64,000 nucleotides of DNA from a virus. A program made the translations under genes and the position numbers. The stretch is taken from the IMG/VR virus record IMGVR_UViG_3300017746_000002, positions 32,001-96,000 of that record. One strand, written 5' to 3'. Below the pieces are notes generated by a model. It was not told where the DNA came from. It worked only from the letters and a program-made list of their open reading frames with translations, and did no database searches. Within the stretch, counting starts at the first letter, position 1. Each line of letters opens with the position of its first letter. This document shows, one piece after another, positions 29,501 through 38,817 of this stretch.

Positions 29501-29909
29501 ACTTATCTCTTTCTTTTGCATCAGGACTTTTTCTATATCCTTCTGCTTTTTGTGTTTCACCATTAAAACGTTTAGTAAAAACAATATCTCTTACTATTGT
29601 TTTATCTTCAAAGAATGGTTTAAATAATGCTCTAGCAGCATCAGCATTCTGTTGTAAAGAAAAATCTGTACCTGTAAGTTGTTGAATTTTAGGTACAAGA
29701 AGATTTGAATACTCATCTCTTTTGTGAATATTATCTTTATGAGATAAGTCAGCATGGACAACTTTACCATATAAATCATTTAAATGTTTATAATTGGTAT
29801 TATATCTGTCTTGTCTTCTACCTAATGTATCTGCTAAAAACTTAAAGTCTGGTGTATATGCTTTAGTTTTAGCTATGTAGTCATTACTATTTGGAAGGTA
29901 TGTTGCCAT
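26538..29909 (-). CDS. Putative virion cargo protein (1123 aa)
   Basis: It lies directly upstream of the RNAP gene, has a helical N-terminus (MATYLP...YTPDFKFL) and sits at the position of crAss-like internal proteins. I recognised no catalytic motif. Confidence 0.55.
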   Translation of the reverse strand: MATYLPNSNDYIAKTKAYTPDFKFLADTLGRRQDRYNTNYKHLNDLYGKVVHADLSHKDNIHKRDEYSNLLVPKIQQLTGTDFSLQQNADAARALFKPFFEDKTIVRDIVFTKRFNGETQKAEGYRKSPDAKERDKYWQDGVDRLNFSMQDFKAGSLEESMSERLPEYVEDPDLIERGIEYLMNYEGKGKKLEMTDVVFSEDGVWMSTMTNGSVITNRPTGVVDKETGVMGTYNPAANIIAKTILDDPLISRGYATAAYVKARKFYENENNITKYGSKENAEKYILSQIIDQSKTGIEDEIKTETSQKDKLTQTKNSWEKYLEKYPKAGTKAKQTYLETLGAITAIDKGIQKDNKTILDISREYKDLAEMRNIAYQAYMNYSINKDVLSAANEYATTTMKVTDRKVNPLVSKKLDHEYRMIEQQQKFNDAKALADYKKSLEGGGGLNLDGPGMQSGMPDAELNLSSYENTGDLMGDNKFYIDTKMRDNVNAPMFTAIEQMHTQLASIWSSADYDVDPTGIEVEVFTYADGSGYMKDTNPTNKDGKWEKKFLHWNEAKEYLLNGAGRSQTDLEDLYLEVLQKYHHQVGLGDEGAFAPMLGTAEFNSLNTQISQIESQIENGKADVLNIVEKQNKTYKSAYDMIMAQADPSLKEFFDKYGSPLIENDNGTFRMLNLSEYQQVGADKFKANADNANLPAVLKSVEDFGDYAKYQQYLSGIFTPDVLKTLGVSDIKSALKENYAVDMSELRIVENISSQYTRFGQEGIDNYLKGVDSSEDNLSNSFYNNFRATDGRGKKFPVRLQHHVVKHSSEDWRPGAGSRPYNNMNDKTTVAYNSLYDAMNQGMTSSVAGNGFPTFSARNEFMLKDQINDGSIAMTDNWNGTYIHGNAHPEIATQLTIALNAVNKLDKSNVVVKLGDPSMHIVKGALTDMEWSEGMDQILRQIRTDLRQPASATNMPNISITYNENLGGKSGWTLQLDQDYIKKLRSSSTIDNNLLTKLFDDDKNTITIYVDKGMINNPLDVINMDVSSTRRIIRDNGGYIHTVPQGGKVRAWTGSDGNTIYTQMTQGTWIQDDDKEWVYREVAGEVRALPSGEAKIDEMMRTQREHLENLANKNRNTQSKNLK

Positions 29910-29913
29910 ATTA

Positions 29914-29921
29914 CAAAATTA
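29914..29921 (-). promoter_or_regulatory. Possible TAnnTTTG -7 element just before the 1123-aa gene
   Basis: The minus strand reads GTAATTTTGTAATATG, so TAATTTTG ends 4 nt before the ATG. That would imply a leaderless or near-leaderless mRNA. Confidence 0.25.
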
Positions 29922-29971
29922 CTATATTTTTTTAACTTTTATTCATTTATAGAGTAAATTTTTAAAGTTTA

Positions 29972-32900
29972 CTAAACTCCAAATATCCAATCTCTTAAAG
30001 CTTTCTTACTTCTTGCTAGCTCTTTTTTTCTATCACAGGAAGAACAACCTACTTCATTACCATATTTTACTTCTGTAGTATTTTCTATTTCTGTTTCTTC
30101 ATCCTTATTATTAGTCATATTAGAACGTAACGGTGTAGAAGATGCTGAACCTTGTCCCATATATTGTTTAATACAATTAAGCATTTGATTTGTATTATCT
30201 TTAAAGCCCATATCGTTACATGCTGTTCTTGCATTTTGCATTGTCATTTGTTCTGTAGCTTTATTAGCATTAAGATCATCAGGATTATAAAATGTGTTCA
30301 TATGATTCTGAGCATCATAGTAGTAATTAGGATTCTCCATATTTAATGCATATAACTTATCTGCATTATCCATTCTTTCTACTTGTGTATCTACAATGTT
30401 TGCATTATCTGCAGCCATTGTATTATCAAAATTATTTAATGCTGTTGCTACTCTTGTGTTATATTCATCTCTATTAGCTGAATTTGTAGCCATTGCGTTA
30501 TTTAATATTTGAGACTTTCTTGCTTCACTGTTGTCAAAGATCTTAATGTTTGTATTTGCTACATCAGAAATACCTTTATTCATCTTATCACTAATTTGTC
30601 CCATATAGAATGAAGCATTTGCAGGATCAGCTTTTGCTAACTGTTGTGCCATAGCTAAGTTAGCTTGTATCATAGCTTGAGGATCTTGATATGCTACATC
30701 AGGAAGAACAGGATCTACATTTTGCCTAGTAGGCATATATAAATTTCTATCCCACTTTTGACCAATAGCATTTTGTAGTCTAAGATCATCCTGTGGGAAA
30801 GTCATATAAGGAGGAATTTCTCTATCTTCTGGTGTTTCAGGTTTTGTTTTACAACTACAAGTATCTAAATCAAATTCTTGTCCTTTACTTAAACATTCAG
30901 CAGCTATTCTTTTTTGTTCTGCTTCATCACATTTTATATCTGTAATAATTTCTTCTTCATGTACTTCATTAGTAGCAGAACTATATTGTCCAGCAGATGC
31001 CATTCCTATTATACCATCAAGATCTGACATTGGTAAACCAGTTCTTTCATCTATGTGTCTTCCACCTTTATGCTTTCCTCCTTTTAAATCTAAAGTAATA
31101 TTACCAAAAAATGCATCTGCTTGATCTAAATCTGTTTCTGTACCTTTTAGATCTTGCATTGCTGTAAACATTCCTTGGAACATTTTAGCATTTTGTGCAT
31201 AGGTATCACCTTCACAATCACCCCAACCAAACTCTTCACATATAGCTTTATATCCTCCTGATTTAAAGTCAGTTGGGTTATAACCTGCATGTTTAGCTTG
31301 GAGAAGTTTATCATTCATATCCATATATGCTGTAAACAACTCTTCTTCTGATTTACCTGATACTGGTTGATTAGCTACTATTCTTTTTAAATCTTTAACA
31401 CTAAGATCACCAAGCTTCTTTCCATCTTTAATAGATTTTTTTATTGCCTCTATACCACCTGCATTTAAAACAACATCATCCCATTGTTTTTCAAGAGCCC
31501 TATAACCTTCAACCCATGCAGTTCTAACATCTGCAAAATCTTCACCCATAACATGATTATAGAATTCTTGGTGTGCAGCTCTACCTGCTTCTCTACCTTT
31601 ATATTTATCTGAATCATGTGCATTCTTATGATTACAATCATCACCTGTACATATAGGTTGTCCTTTTTGCATTTGTGGTAGTTCCATGCCATCTCTTGCC
31701 ATCATCATACCTGCGCCTTGCATAGCAGGATTAGAACCAGTATACATTGAAGGATCTGCAATCTGCACATTTGGCATAGATTGATCTAAGTCCATTATTG
31801 AACCTGCTAATACATCTTTTCTTTGAACACTTCTCATTTGAAGCTCAACGTCTCTCATTTGTGCTTGGAGATTATTTATTTGTTTTTCAAACTCCTCTTG
31901 CGCTTTCTTTTCTTTAAACATATGAGGATTTGCTTGATGATACTTTATAGCTGCAGAATGCTCTTGCTGCATCATTTCTAATTGTGAACCAAGAGATCTA
32001 TACATAGGGTTACTTGTATATGATGGAGTTAATGGATCTAACTCAATCTCATTTGATCTACCCATAGATATACCCATATTATCTTGTCCCCCATAAACAA
32101 ATCTTCTTAGTGAACCACCTCTACTCATTCCTGGTAGTCCAAGAGGATTTTGATCTCTTACATATCCTTCAGGAACTCCCATTGTAGGAACCATTGGTTG
32201 ACCTGTTTCAACACCCATTTGTCCAAATAGTGGATCTTTAAAGCCAGCCCCTAAATCTCTATCTCCATGTATTGCATCCCATTCAGCTTTTATATTGTTA
32301 GTTGATTCAAACATAGCTTCTGATCTAGCATCTGGTCCACCAGTATTTCCACCTCCTTGCATTTTGGGCATATTACCATAAGGCATGTTAGGTAAATTTT
32401 CATGACCTGGCATGATTCTTGTGTCTGTATCAGGAGCTTTCATTTTGTCAAGAGCTTTAGTCTTATAGCTCTCATACATAAATTTAACTTCTTTTATATC
32501 TTTTAATCTATATGCAAATCTCCACTCATCATATGTACATAGTTGATTCTTACATTTTGTAGCTAAATCAAATTCAACCTTAACTTCTGGTTCTTCTTGT
32601 AAAGCTTTACCTACTCCTGCACCAGCAACTGCACCAGCTGATTGAGCAGGCACTTCTCCTTGAGTTTGATAAGGCATTAAGTCTCCACCATACTTCATAC
32701 CAGGACCTTTATAATTTTTATTTGTATCAGCTGCATGTTTCATTGCTGCACTAGGTGGAGGATTTCCATATGCTGGACATGGTGGATGATCATCTTCTGC
32801 TGAATTATCCTGTGGCGTATTCTCAACTGGAGCAACACTGTAAGTAGATTTTTTAAATCCACCAAATAATAACTTATCTAACTTTGTTGGATTGTTTGGC

Positions 32901-33652
32901 ATACCACCCGTTACACCACCAGCTGCCATTTGTGGAGGAACCATCATACCTTGTGCTTGCATATCAGTAGGAGGTTGAGGTGGCATCATACCTTGAGGAG
33001 GCATTCCTTGAGCCATACCTTGTTGTGGTTGTTGCTCTGGATTCTTTTCAGCATTAATCTGATCTATCTTTTGTTGAAATTGTTGAGGGTCTACACCTTT
33101 AGCCATTAAATATGGAAAAGCAGCTAATGGTAAACCATTCTCAAAATCTTTTTTAGATTCTTGGATAAATGCTATCTGAGATAACATTATCTTATTTTTA
33201 TTAATCATCTGTTCTGCAGTTTCAACTGCAATCTTATCAGATGTTTCATCTTCTAATGTTTCTATATATTTATTTAAAGGAAATTTCTTAGCAGCTTTAG
33301 CAGGAGTAATTCTTTTCTTTTGTTCAATTCCTAAAGATTTCATTTCATCTTTAGTTAAAAGCATTCCTCTTGTGTCAGAGTAAATAAAACTTTGGTCTGG
33401 TAAACTTAAAGGAGTACCTCCTTCATTATGTCTTTTACCTCCTATGTTATATAATTCAAATACTCCATCTCCTGACGTGTCAGTTAATGCTACTTCACCT
33501 TTTTCTGCTTCTAAATTAGCTGCTTCTCTATCAACAGGCTTTAATGTATTGCTAGAAGTAGCACCACCAGCAGCATATGTTTTTATAACTTTACCGTTTC
33601 TTACAGTAAAACCTTTGGGTAATGAATTTTTATTTATTTTTATTTTTGCCAT
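29972..33652 (-). CDS. Putative internal virion protein (1226 aa, Met/Gln/Pro/Gly-rich, repeated xGG motifs)
   Basis: N-terminal EAEKGE...GGKRHNEGG domain, long low-complexity linkers and repeated motifs such as MKYGGDLMPYQTQG. Confidence 0.55.
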   Translation of the reverse strand: MAKIKINKNSLPKGFTVRNGKVIKTYAAGGATSSNTLKPVDREAANLEAEKGEVALTDTSGDGVFELYNIGGKRHNEGGTPLSLPDQSFIYSDTRGMLLTKDEMKSLGIEQKKRITPAKAAKKFPLNKYIETLEDETSDKIAVETAEQMINKNKIMLSQIAFIQESKKDFENGLPLAAFPYLMAKGVDPQQFQQKIDQINAEKNPEQQPQQGMAQGMPPQGMMPPQPPTDMQAQGMMVPPQMAAGGVTGGMPNNPTKLDKLLFGGFKKSTYSVAPVENTPQDNSAEDDHPPCPAYGNPPPSAAMKHAADTNKNYKGPGMKYGGDLMPYQTQGEVPAQSAGAVAGAGVGKALQEEPEVKVEFDLATKCKNQLCTYDEWRFAYRLKDIKEVKFMYESYKTKALDKMKAPDTDTRIMPGHENLPNMPYGNMPKMQGGGNTGGPDARSEAMFESTNNIKAEWDAIHGDRDLGAGFKDPLFGQMGVETGQPMVPTMGVPEGYVRDQNPLGLPGMSRGGSLRRFVYGGQDNMGISMGRSNEIELDPLTPSYTSNPMYRSLGSQLEMMQQEHSAAIKYHQANPHMFKEKKAQEEFEKQINNLQAQMRDVELQMRSVQRKDVLAGSIMDLDQSMPNVQIADPSMYTGSNPAMQGAGMMMARDGMELPQMQKGQPICTGDDCNHKNAHDSDKYKGREAGRAAHQEFYNHVMGEDFADVRTAWVEGYRALEKQWDDVVLNAGGIEAIKKSIKDGKKLGDLSVKDLKRIVANQPVSGKSEEELFTAYMDMNDKLLQAKHAGYNPTDFKSGGYKAICEEFGWGDCEGDTYAQNAKMFQGMFTAMQDLKGTETDLDQADAFFGNITLDLKGGKHKGGRHIDERTGLPMSDLDGIIGMASAGQYSSATNEVHEEEIITDIKCDEAEQKRIAAECLSKGQEFDLDTCSCKTKPETPEDREIPPYMTFPQDDLRLQNAIGQKWDRNLYMPTRQNVDPVLPDVAYQDPQAMIQANLAMAQQLAKADPANASFYMGQISDKMNKGISDVANTNIKIFDNSEARKSQILNNAMATNSANRDEYNTRVATALNNFDNTMAADNANIVDTQVERMDNADKLYALNMENPNYYYDAQNHMNTFYNPDDLNANKATEQMTMQNARTACNDMGFKDNTNQMLNCIKQYMGQGSASSTPLRSNMTNNKDEETEIENTTEVKYGNEVGCSSCDRKKELARSKKALRDWIFGV

Positions 33653-33654
33653 AA

Positions 33655-36600
33655 TTATATAATTTCTATATCAGCACCTGCTTTTATTAGTTCTTGTAAT
33701 AATTCATAATCTATTTCTACTTCAGTTCCATACTTTGCTACCTTATCTATTTTAGGTTCATCTTTTTTCTTAGCTATAGTAGAAGGTGCAGGTTTTTCTG
33801 TTTTTGGTAGAGTAGTTTCTTCTGCTTTAGCAATTAAAGCACTTGGACTTTTACCGTCCTTTTTATCTGGAGTTACGGCATCAGCAACTTGTGTAGTCAT
33901 ACTTCTACCATCAGTAACACCTGCATATTCAGCGGCATCCTTTGCTACTGAAGCCGCACCTACTGCTATTCCAGCTCCAGGTATCATTGAGGCAGCATTA
34001 ATTGCCATATTTTCTGTATGCTTCATTGCTCCCTCTGTATCTCCTTCATAAGCAGAATAACCAGCTCTAGCACCAGATGTAGCTGTATTAACAGCATCCA
34101 CAACATTACCTACAATAGGAACTGTACCTGCTGCTGACATAGCTGTTTGTGCATAATCTAAACCTTTATTTATAGGAGTTTTAAAATCAGTTTCTTCATA
34201 CCAATTTTTTGCTTTATCCCACCATCCGTCTTTTGCCATTGGTAAATGACCACCATAAGCCATTTTAGCCATTATTTGTTTTTGATATGCAATAACTTCA
34301 GGGCTATAACCTATCTCTACATTATAAGGATTAGATCCTGTAAACTCAGCTAGTGCTGCATAGTTAACATTATCTACAACCGGTTGTGCCATACCCTGTC
34401 CACCCATTTGCATTATTAATGGAGCCTTCATATTATTACCAGAATAGATTTCATCTACTTTCTCATTAGTAAAGCTATCTCCACTATTAACATCATGTAT
34501 TCCTTGTGAAGATTCCTGAACCATAAATTGAGATTCAGCATCAGTATTTTCTGTTTCAGCCTTTGTTTGAGCAGCATCATTTGCCCATCCTTCTAAAACA
34601 GCATTACCAAAGTCTGCCCATTTAGTTACAGCTCCTGATACATCACCATATGTATTTATAGCTCTATCTACTATACCTGTTTTAGTATTAGCTTTTACTC
34701 TATTAGCAATATTACCATAACTTGAGTCAACTACTCCTGAATCAGCAACAGTAGTCTCATCCATTTCATTCATTTCTTCTTCAGTCATGTTTGCTTCTTC
34801 CTCATCAGTAGTACCGTCACCTTCTGGACTTCCATCTGGTGGTGGAGTTGCATTTGCGTCAGGATTATTTGCATCATTGTTAGCATTTTCATTTGTTTCA
34901 TCTACAGGAACTTCTTTCTTTTCTGCATTATTATCTTTTGGAGGATCACTAGGACCATCAGATTTATTTTTATTATCCTTATCTTTTTCTCCTTCATCTT
35001 GATAGAAAGGTAGTGCACCTCCATTTCTGTAAAAGTTTAACTTGTCTGCACGTTCTTGATCATCTTGCATTAATAATTTATGTAACCATTCTCTATTTAA
35101 TTGTAACTTTCCTGCTGGACCTAAATTGCTTTGATGATTTTGATCTTGTCCTATAACGTTTCTGTACATCCAACTATTAGCTAAATCATTTTCAATACGT
35201 AAACTATCCCTAGTTATTGCATTTTGTAATTCATTAGCAGTAAAATTCCCTGTATATGGAACAACTGATGTTCTTGGAAAATTAGGAGTGTACTCTAAAA
35301 AGTCATGTACTTTTTCACCTTTATCTTGATATTTGTCAAGTTGTTTTTGACCACCGTATACAAACATTTCTAATCCCATACTAGCTTCTTCTCTTTCTTT
35401 TCTTAATCTATTTTTTCTTTCCTGATTTCCTTCTTGAGTTTTAATAACTTTTGTAGCACCATTAGTATATTTAATTGTTGTAGTACCATCACCATTATCA
35501 ACTCTACTTTCTTCTATTAAGCCACTAGGATTATCATTTCCATCGTCATTATTATTATTATTATCTTCTTCTCTCTTTTCTCTCTTTATTTCTTCACTTG
35601 ATTTTTTTATGACTTTCTTATTATCAGTATAATCATTTTCTGGATCATAATCTTCAATTTGTAAATTTGACATACCATCATCCATTATAACATTAGGATC
35701 TGCTTCAGGTCCTGTTCTTACTAAACTTGTTACATCAGCATCAGGATTAACTAATATATCAGTTACACTATAATCTTTAGTTTTATCTCTTGCTTTATCA
35801 AACTCTGTTCTATCATTTTCTGAATCAAAAGCTCTAGTTTTTGTTACTGTTTTAGTTACTGTTTTTGGATTTTCCTCACTTTCTGGTTCATCAGGATTGA
35901 AATTTGGATTATCTTCTGTAACTTCTTCTTCATATTCTACATCATCATAAGTTACATTTCCTGTTACACGGTCCATTGTTTGTCTAGAAGCAACATTAGT
36001 ATTGTCTAAATGACCTTTTTCATTATATTCAGTAATTAAATTATCTCTATGATCTTGGAACTCATTAAATCTTCTAGAAGTATGCATTCCTTGTGTGCCT
36101 ATAACATCAGATAGTTTCATGTCTTTATCACCAGACTCAATAAACTTTTGTAAATTAGCATCATCCCAATATAACTGTGCATCATTTGCATTACCAATCT
36201 TACTTGTATCAAGAGTGGTTTGTTTAAAGTCTGCTTTTGTATAAGGTTTGCCTGTTTTAGGATTTATTGACTGTCTTCCAAATCCTTTTATTGCTTGTCC
36301 TGTAGAACCAATTGCATCAGCTAAAAGACCCCATTTAGATGTTGGAGATAATTCATAATCAGGAGTTCCTTTTTTTGTTCCTTGTCCTAAATTGTGAGAA
36401 TTAACAACATCCTCCATTTCTTTTTTACTAATCTTACCATTTTGATAATCTTGTATAGCTTTTTGCTTATCAGTTTCTGAAGACTCTTCTACTTTTTCTA
36501 TACATGTACATGTAGCTGGATCTACTTTAAGTCCTTTCTTAGCACATTCAAAATATACAGATTTTTCACAACCTTCACCTTCAGGACTACCATCACCTTC

Positions 36601-37053
36601 TCCATCATTATCTTCTGCATTCTCACTTATCTGTTCACCACATGTGCTTTTAGTAGGACTACAACTTCCAGAAGAAAAATATTCTTCTCCTGCTCTTTCC
36701 CATCCTTCTGGACATATACATTTATTATCTACAGACTCATCAGTATAGTCTCCACCTCTCGTACCATCAGTTTCCTCACCTTCAGTGTTCTCTTCACTTG
36801 GAGTACCTTTTAAATATTCTTGATATTGTTCTTGTGCATTTGCACCCTTTCTATTTACTGGATCTTGTAGTACCCATTCTTTAAAGTCTAGTTTCTTATC
36901 AACAGTTTCTTCCTCTTCCACTGTTTCTTCAATAGGACCTTCAGTCTGATACCATGGTAATGCACCACCATTACGCATAAGATATTGATACTGATCCAAG
37001 TATGGATAAACGTCAAAAGTTTGATTTTTTATATTTTTTTTCTTTTTTGCCAT
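33655..37053 (-). CDS. Acidic, probably disordered internal virion protein (1132 aa)
   Basis: Glu/Asp/Asn-rich, with RNGGALPxYQxEG twice and a small-residue hydrophobic segment near the C-terminus. Confidence 0.55.
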   Translation of the reverse strand: MAKKKKNIKNQTFDVYPYLDQYQYLMRNGGALPWYQTEGPIEETVEEEETVDKKLDFKEWVLQDPVNRKGANAQEQYQEYLKGTPSEENTEGEETDGTRGGDYTDESVDNKCICPEGWERAGEEYFSSGSCSPTKSTCGEQISENAEDNDGEGDGSPEGEGCEKSVYFECAKKGLKVDPATCTCIEKVEESSETDKQKAIQDYQNGKISKKEMEDVVNSHNLGQGTKKGTPDYELSPTSKWGLLADAIGSTGQAIKGFGRQSINPKTGKPYTKADFKQTTLDTSKIGNANDAQLYWDDANLQKFIESGDKDMKLSDVIGTQGMHTSRRFNEFQDHRDNLITEYNEKGHLDNTNVASRQTMDRVTGNVTYDDVEYEEEVTEDNPNFNPDEPESEENPKTVTKTVTKTRAFDSENDRTEFDKARDKTKDYSVTDILVNPDADVTSLVRTGPEADPNVIMDDGMSNLQIEDYDPENDYTDNKKVIKKSSEEIKREKREEDNNNNNDDGNDNPSGLIEESRVDNGDGTTTIKYTNGATKVIKTQEGNQERKNRLRKEREEASMGLEMFVYGGQKQLDKYQDKGEKVHDFLEYTPNFPRTSVVPYTGNFTANELQNAITRDSLRIENDLANSWMYRNVIGQDQNHQSNLGPAGKLQLNREWLHKLLMQDDQERADKLNFYRNGGALPFYQDEGEKDKDNKNKSDGPSDPPKDNNAEKKEVPVDETNENANNDANNPDANATPPPDGSPEGDGTTDEEEANMTEEEMNEMDETTVADSGVVDSSYGNIANRVKANTKTGIVDRAINTYGDVSGAVTKWADFGNAVLEGWANDAAQTKAETENTDAESQFMVQESSQGIHDVNSGDSFTNEKVDEIYSGNNMKAPLIMQMGGQGMAQPVVDNVNYAALAEFTGSNPYNVEIGYSPEVIAYQKQIMAKMAYGGHLPMAKDGWWDKAKNWYEETDFKTPINKGLDYAQTAMSAAGTVPIVGNVVDAVNTATSGARAGYSAYEGDTEGAMKHTENMAINAASMIPGAGIAVGAASVAKDAAEYAGVTDGRSMTTQVADAVTPDKKDGKSPSALIAKAEETTLPKTEKPAPSTIAKKKDEPKIDKVAKYGTEVEIDYELLQELIKAGADIEII

Positions 37054-37063
37054 TTTATTTCAT

Positions 37064-37080
37064 TACATATATAATATACT
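37064..37080 (-). promoter_or_regulatory. Recurring putative phage promoter motif
   Basis: Exact 17-bp match to 1733-1749, located 10 bp upstream of the 1132-aa gene start. Confidence 0.5.
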
Positions 37081-37098
37081 AAAAATCAAGCACATTAA

Positions 37099-38817
37099 CT
37101 AACTTTTAGTTAGTGACTTCATGTACTCTACTGTATCTAAACCTGCTTTTTTAGAATCTTGATAATAAACTCTATTAAGTTTATCATATATTCTTTTTAA
37201 CTTTTTTTGATATGGTGTACCTTCTGCAGCACCACTTACGTGTGCCATATACAATGCTATCTGGTCATCTATAGGAATAACTTTATCATCTCCAAGTGTT
37301 ACGTTTTTTACATTTGTATTTACATCAAGATCTTCAAATGTTATTTCTGGAGCAGAAGGAGGAGGTGTAGTTAATGCTTCTACATTAGGATCTGTTACTT
37401 CTTCATTAGGTATCATTCCTAGTGCGCTTAGATGTTTTAATCCTGAAGGTGATAATTTATCTCCGTTTCTATATTTTTTTATAAGTTTCTTTGTTAATTC
37501 ATGAGCTCTTTGTTGATCATGTATTTGTTGAGCAATATCAATTATTTGAAAATTACCTGATCCATCTGCATCATCTTTATCATAATACACTCTATCATCT
37601 ATATCTTTATGTTTATAGTTTACATAAGGTAAGTTTCTTCCTTTATCAAAGTCTTTTTTAATAGTATAGTTACCTTGAGGTGTTTCAATCTTTTTTTCAG
37701 AACCCATTTGAAACTTAGGTAAGAAAGCACCATTACGCATCATATCTGCAATTACACCATCTTGGTTTTTAAGAGCAAGCTTTTCTTTATTGTAAGGAGA
37801 TTGTTTAACAGAGCCACCATACTTAGCCATCATAGTATTACTACCATCATCTATTTCATCATTAGATGTAAATGTATTCATCATATCAACAACTTGATTA
37901 TCATCAAACTGCTCTAATAATTGTTTATCTTTTATAAACTTATCTGGATTTTCTTTTATATAATCTATATGTGATTGGTCAAACATAAAGTCTTCCTCAA
38001 AATTATATAAACCTGCTTTCCATAACTCATACCTTGTTGTATCTATGTCAGATTTAATTTCATAGCTTCTTGTATCATGAGGTATTTGTAAATTATTATC
38101 AGACCAAAGAAAATCACTTCCTTTCTCTCTAGTGATCTCTCTTTCACCCTCAGTCATTAAAAACTCTTGTGCAACGTTATCTTTAGTATTAGGATGATTA
38201 GCACCTAATGCATGAGAATATTCATTAACAAGAATACTATTAAATGGATCATAAGATAATTCATTATCTTCTGCCATTGTTACAGCTTGTCCTGGGTTTA
38301 CTTTAACTATAGGATTTATATTACCTTCATCTTTATAATTAGGTCTTTTATAGCTAGATTGTAATCTATCAAATTTCTCCTGTAGATTCATCATAGTGAA
38401 TATATTAGCATCTTCACTATAATCCCTAGCATATATCTCTGCCCATTCTTCTTCTCCACTAAAGTCAACTTCTGTATCTTCTAATCTTTTTAGTTTACCA
38501 TCTCTTACTTTTTTCCATTCTTCTTCACCATGTAAATCTATTGCTCTACGTTTAAATAAATCACTATTTAAGTAAGCTGTAAAATAATCTTTGACTTCTG
38601 AACCTTCCTGAGCCATAGGTATTTCCCTTACCATATTTGTATCAAACTTATGAAGACCTGAGTTAGGACCTAGAATAACATTATTAGCAAGTAAAGGCAT
38701 GCTTACATCTGTCATATCTATAATTCCATCTGGTGTATGAATATCTAAGTATGGTCTATCCTTATAAGGAGAGTCATCTTTATATCCTTGTTTTGATATA
38801 TCTTTTTGATCTTCCAT
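37099..38817 (-). CDS. Putative virion protein with degenerate zincin-like motif (572 aa)
   Basis: Coupled to the tail stabilisation gene (TAATG overlap). It has NEYSH...E (38212-38226) and carries the MAKYGG and MRNGAFLPKFQMG motifs shared with the two downstream genes. Confidence 0.5.
   Translation of the reverse strand: MEDQKDISKQGYKDDSPYKDRPYLDIHTPDGIIDMTDVSMPLLANNVILGPNSGLHKFDTNMVREIPMAQEGSEVKDYFTAYLNSDLFKRRAIDLHGEEEWKKVRDGKLKRLEDTEVDFSGEEEWAEIYARDYSEDANIFTMMNLQEKFDRLQSSYKRPNYKDEGNINPIVKVNPGQAVTMAEDNELSYDPFNSILVNEYSHALGANHPNTKDNVAQEFLMTEGEREITREKGSDFLWSDNNLQIPHDTRSYEIKSDIDTTRYELWKAGLYNFEEDFMFDQSHIDYIKENPDKFIKDKQLLEQFDDNQVVDMMNTFTSNDEIDDGSNTMMAKYGGSVKQSPYNKEKLALKNQDGVIADMMRNGAFLPKFQMGSEKKIETPQGNYTIKKDFDKGRNLPYVNYKHKDIDDRVYYDKDDADGSGNFQIIDIAQQIHDQQRAHELTKKLIKKYRNGDKLSPSGLKHLSALGMIPNEEVTDPNVEALTTPPPSAPEITFEDLDVNTNVKNVTLGDDKVIPIDDQIALYMAHVSGAAEGTPYQKKLKRIYDKLNRVYYQDSKKAGLDTVEYMKSLTKS

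Noticed and set aside
29930-29971. Imperfect inverted repeat AACTTT...AAAGTT in the spacer before the 1123-aa gene
   Set aside because: It is almost all A/T with a weak stem, and is expected by chance at this composition.
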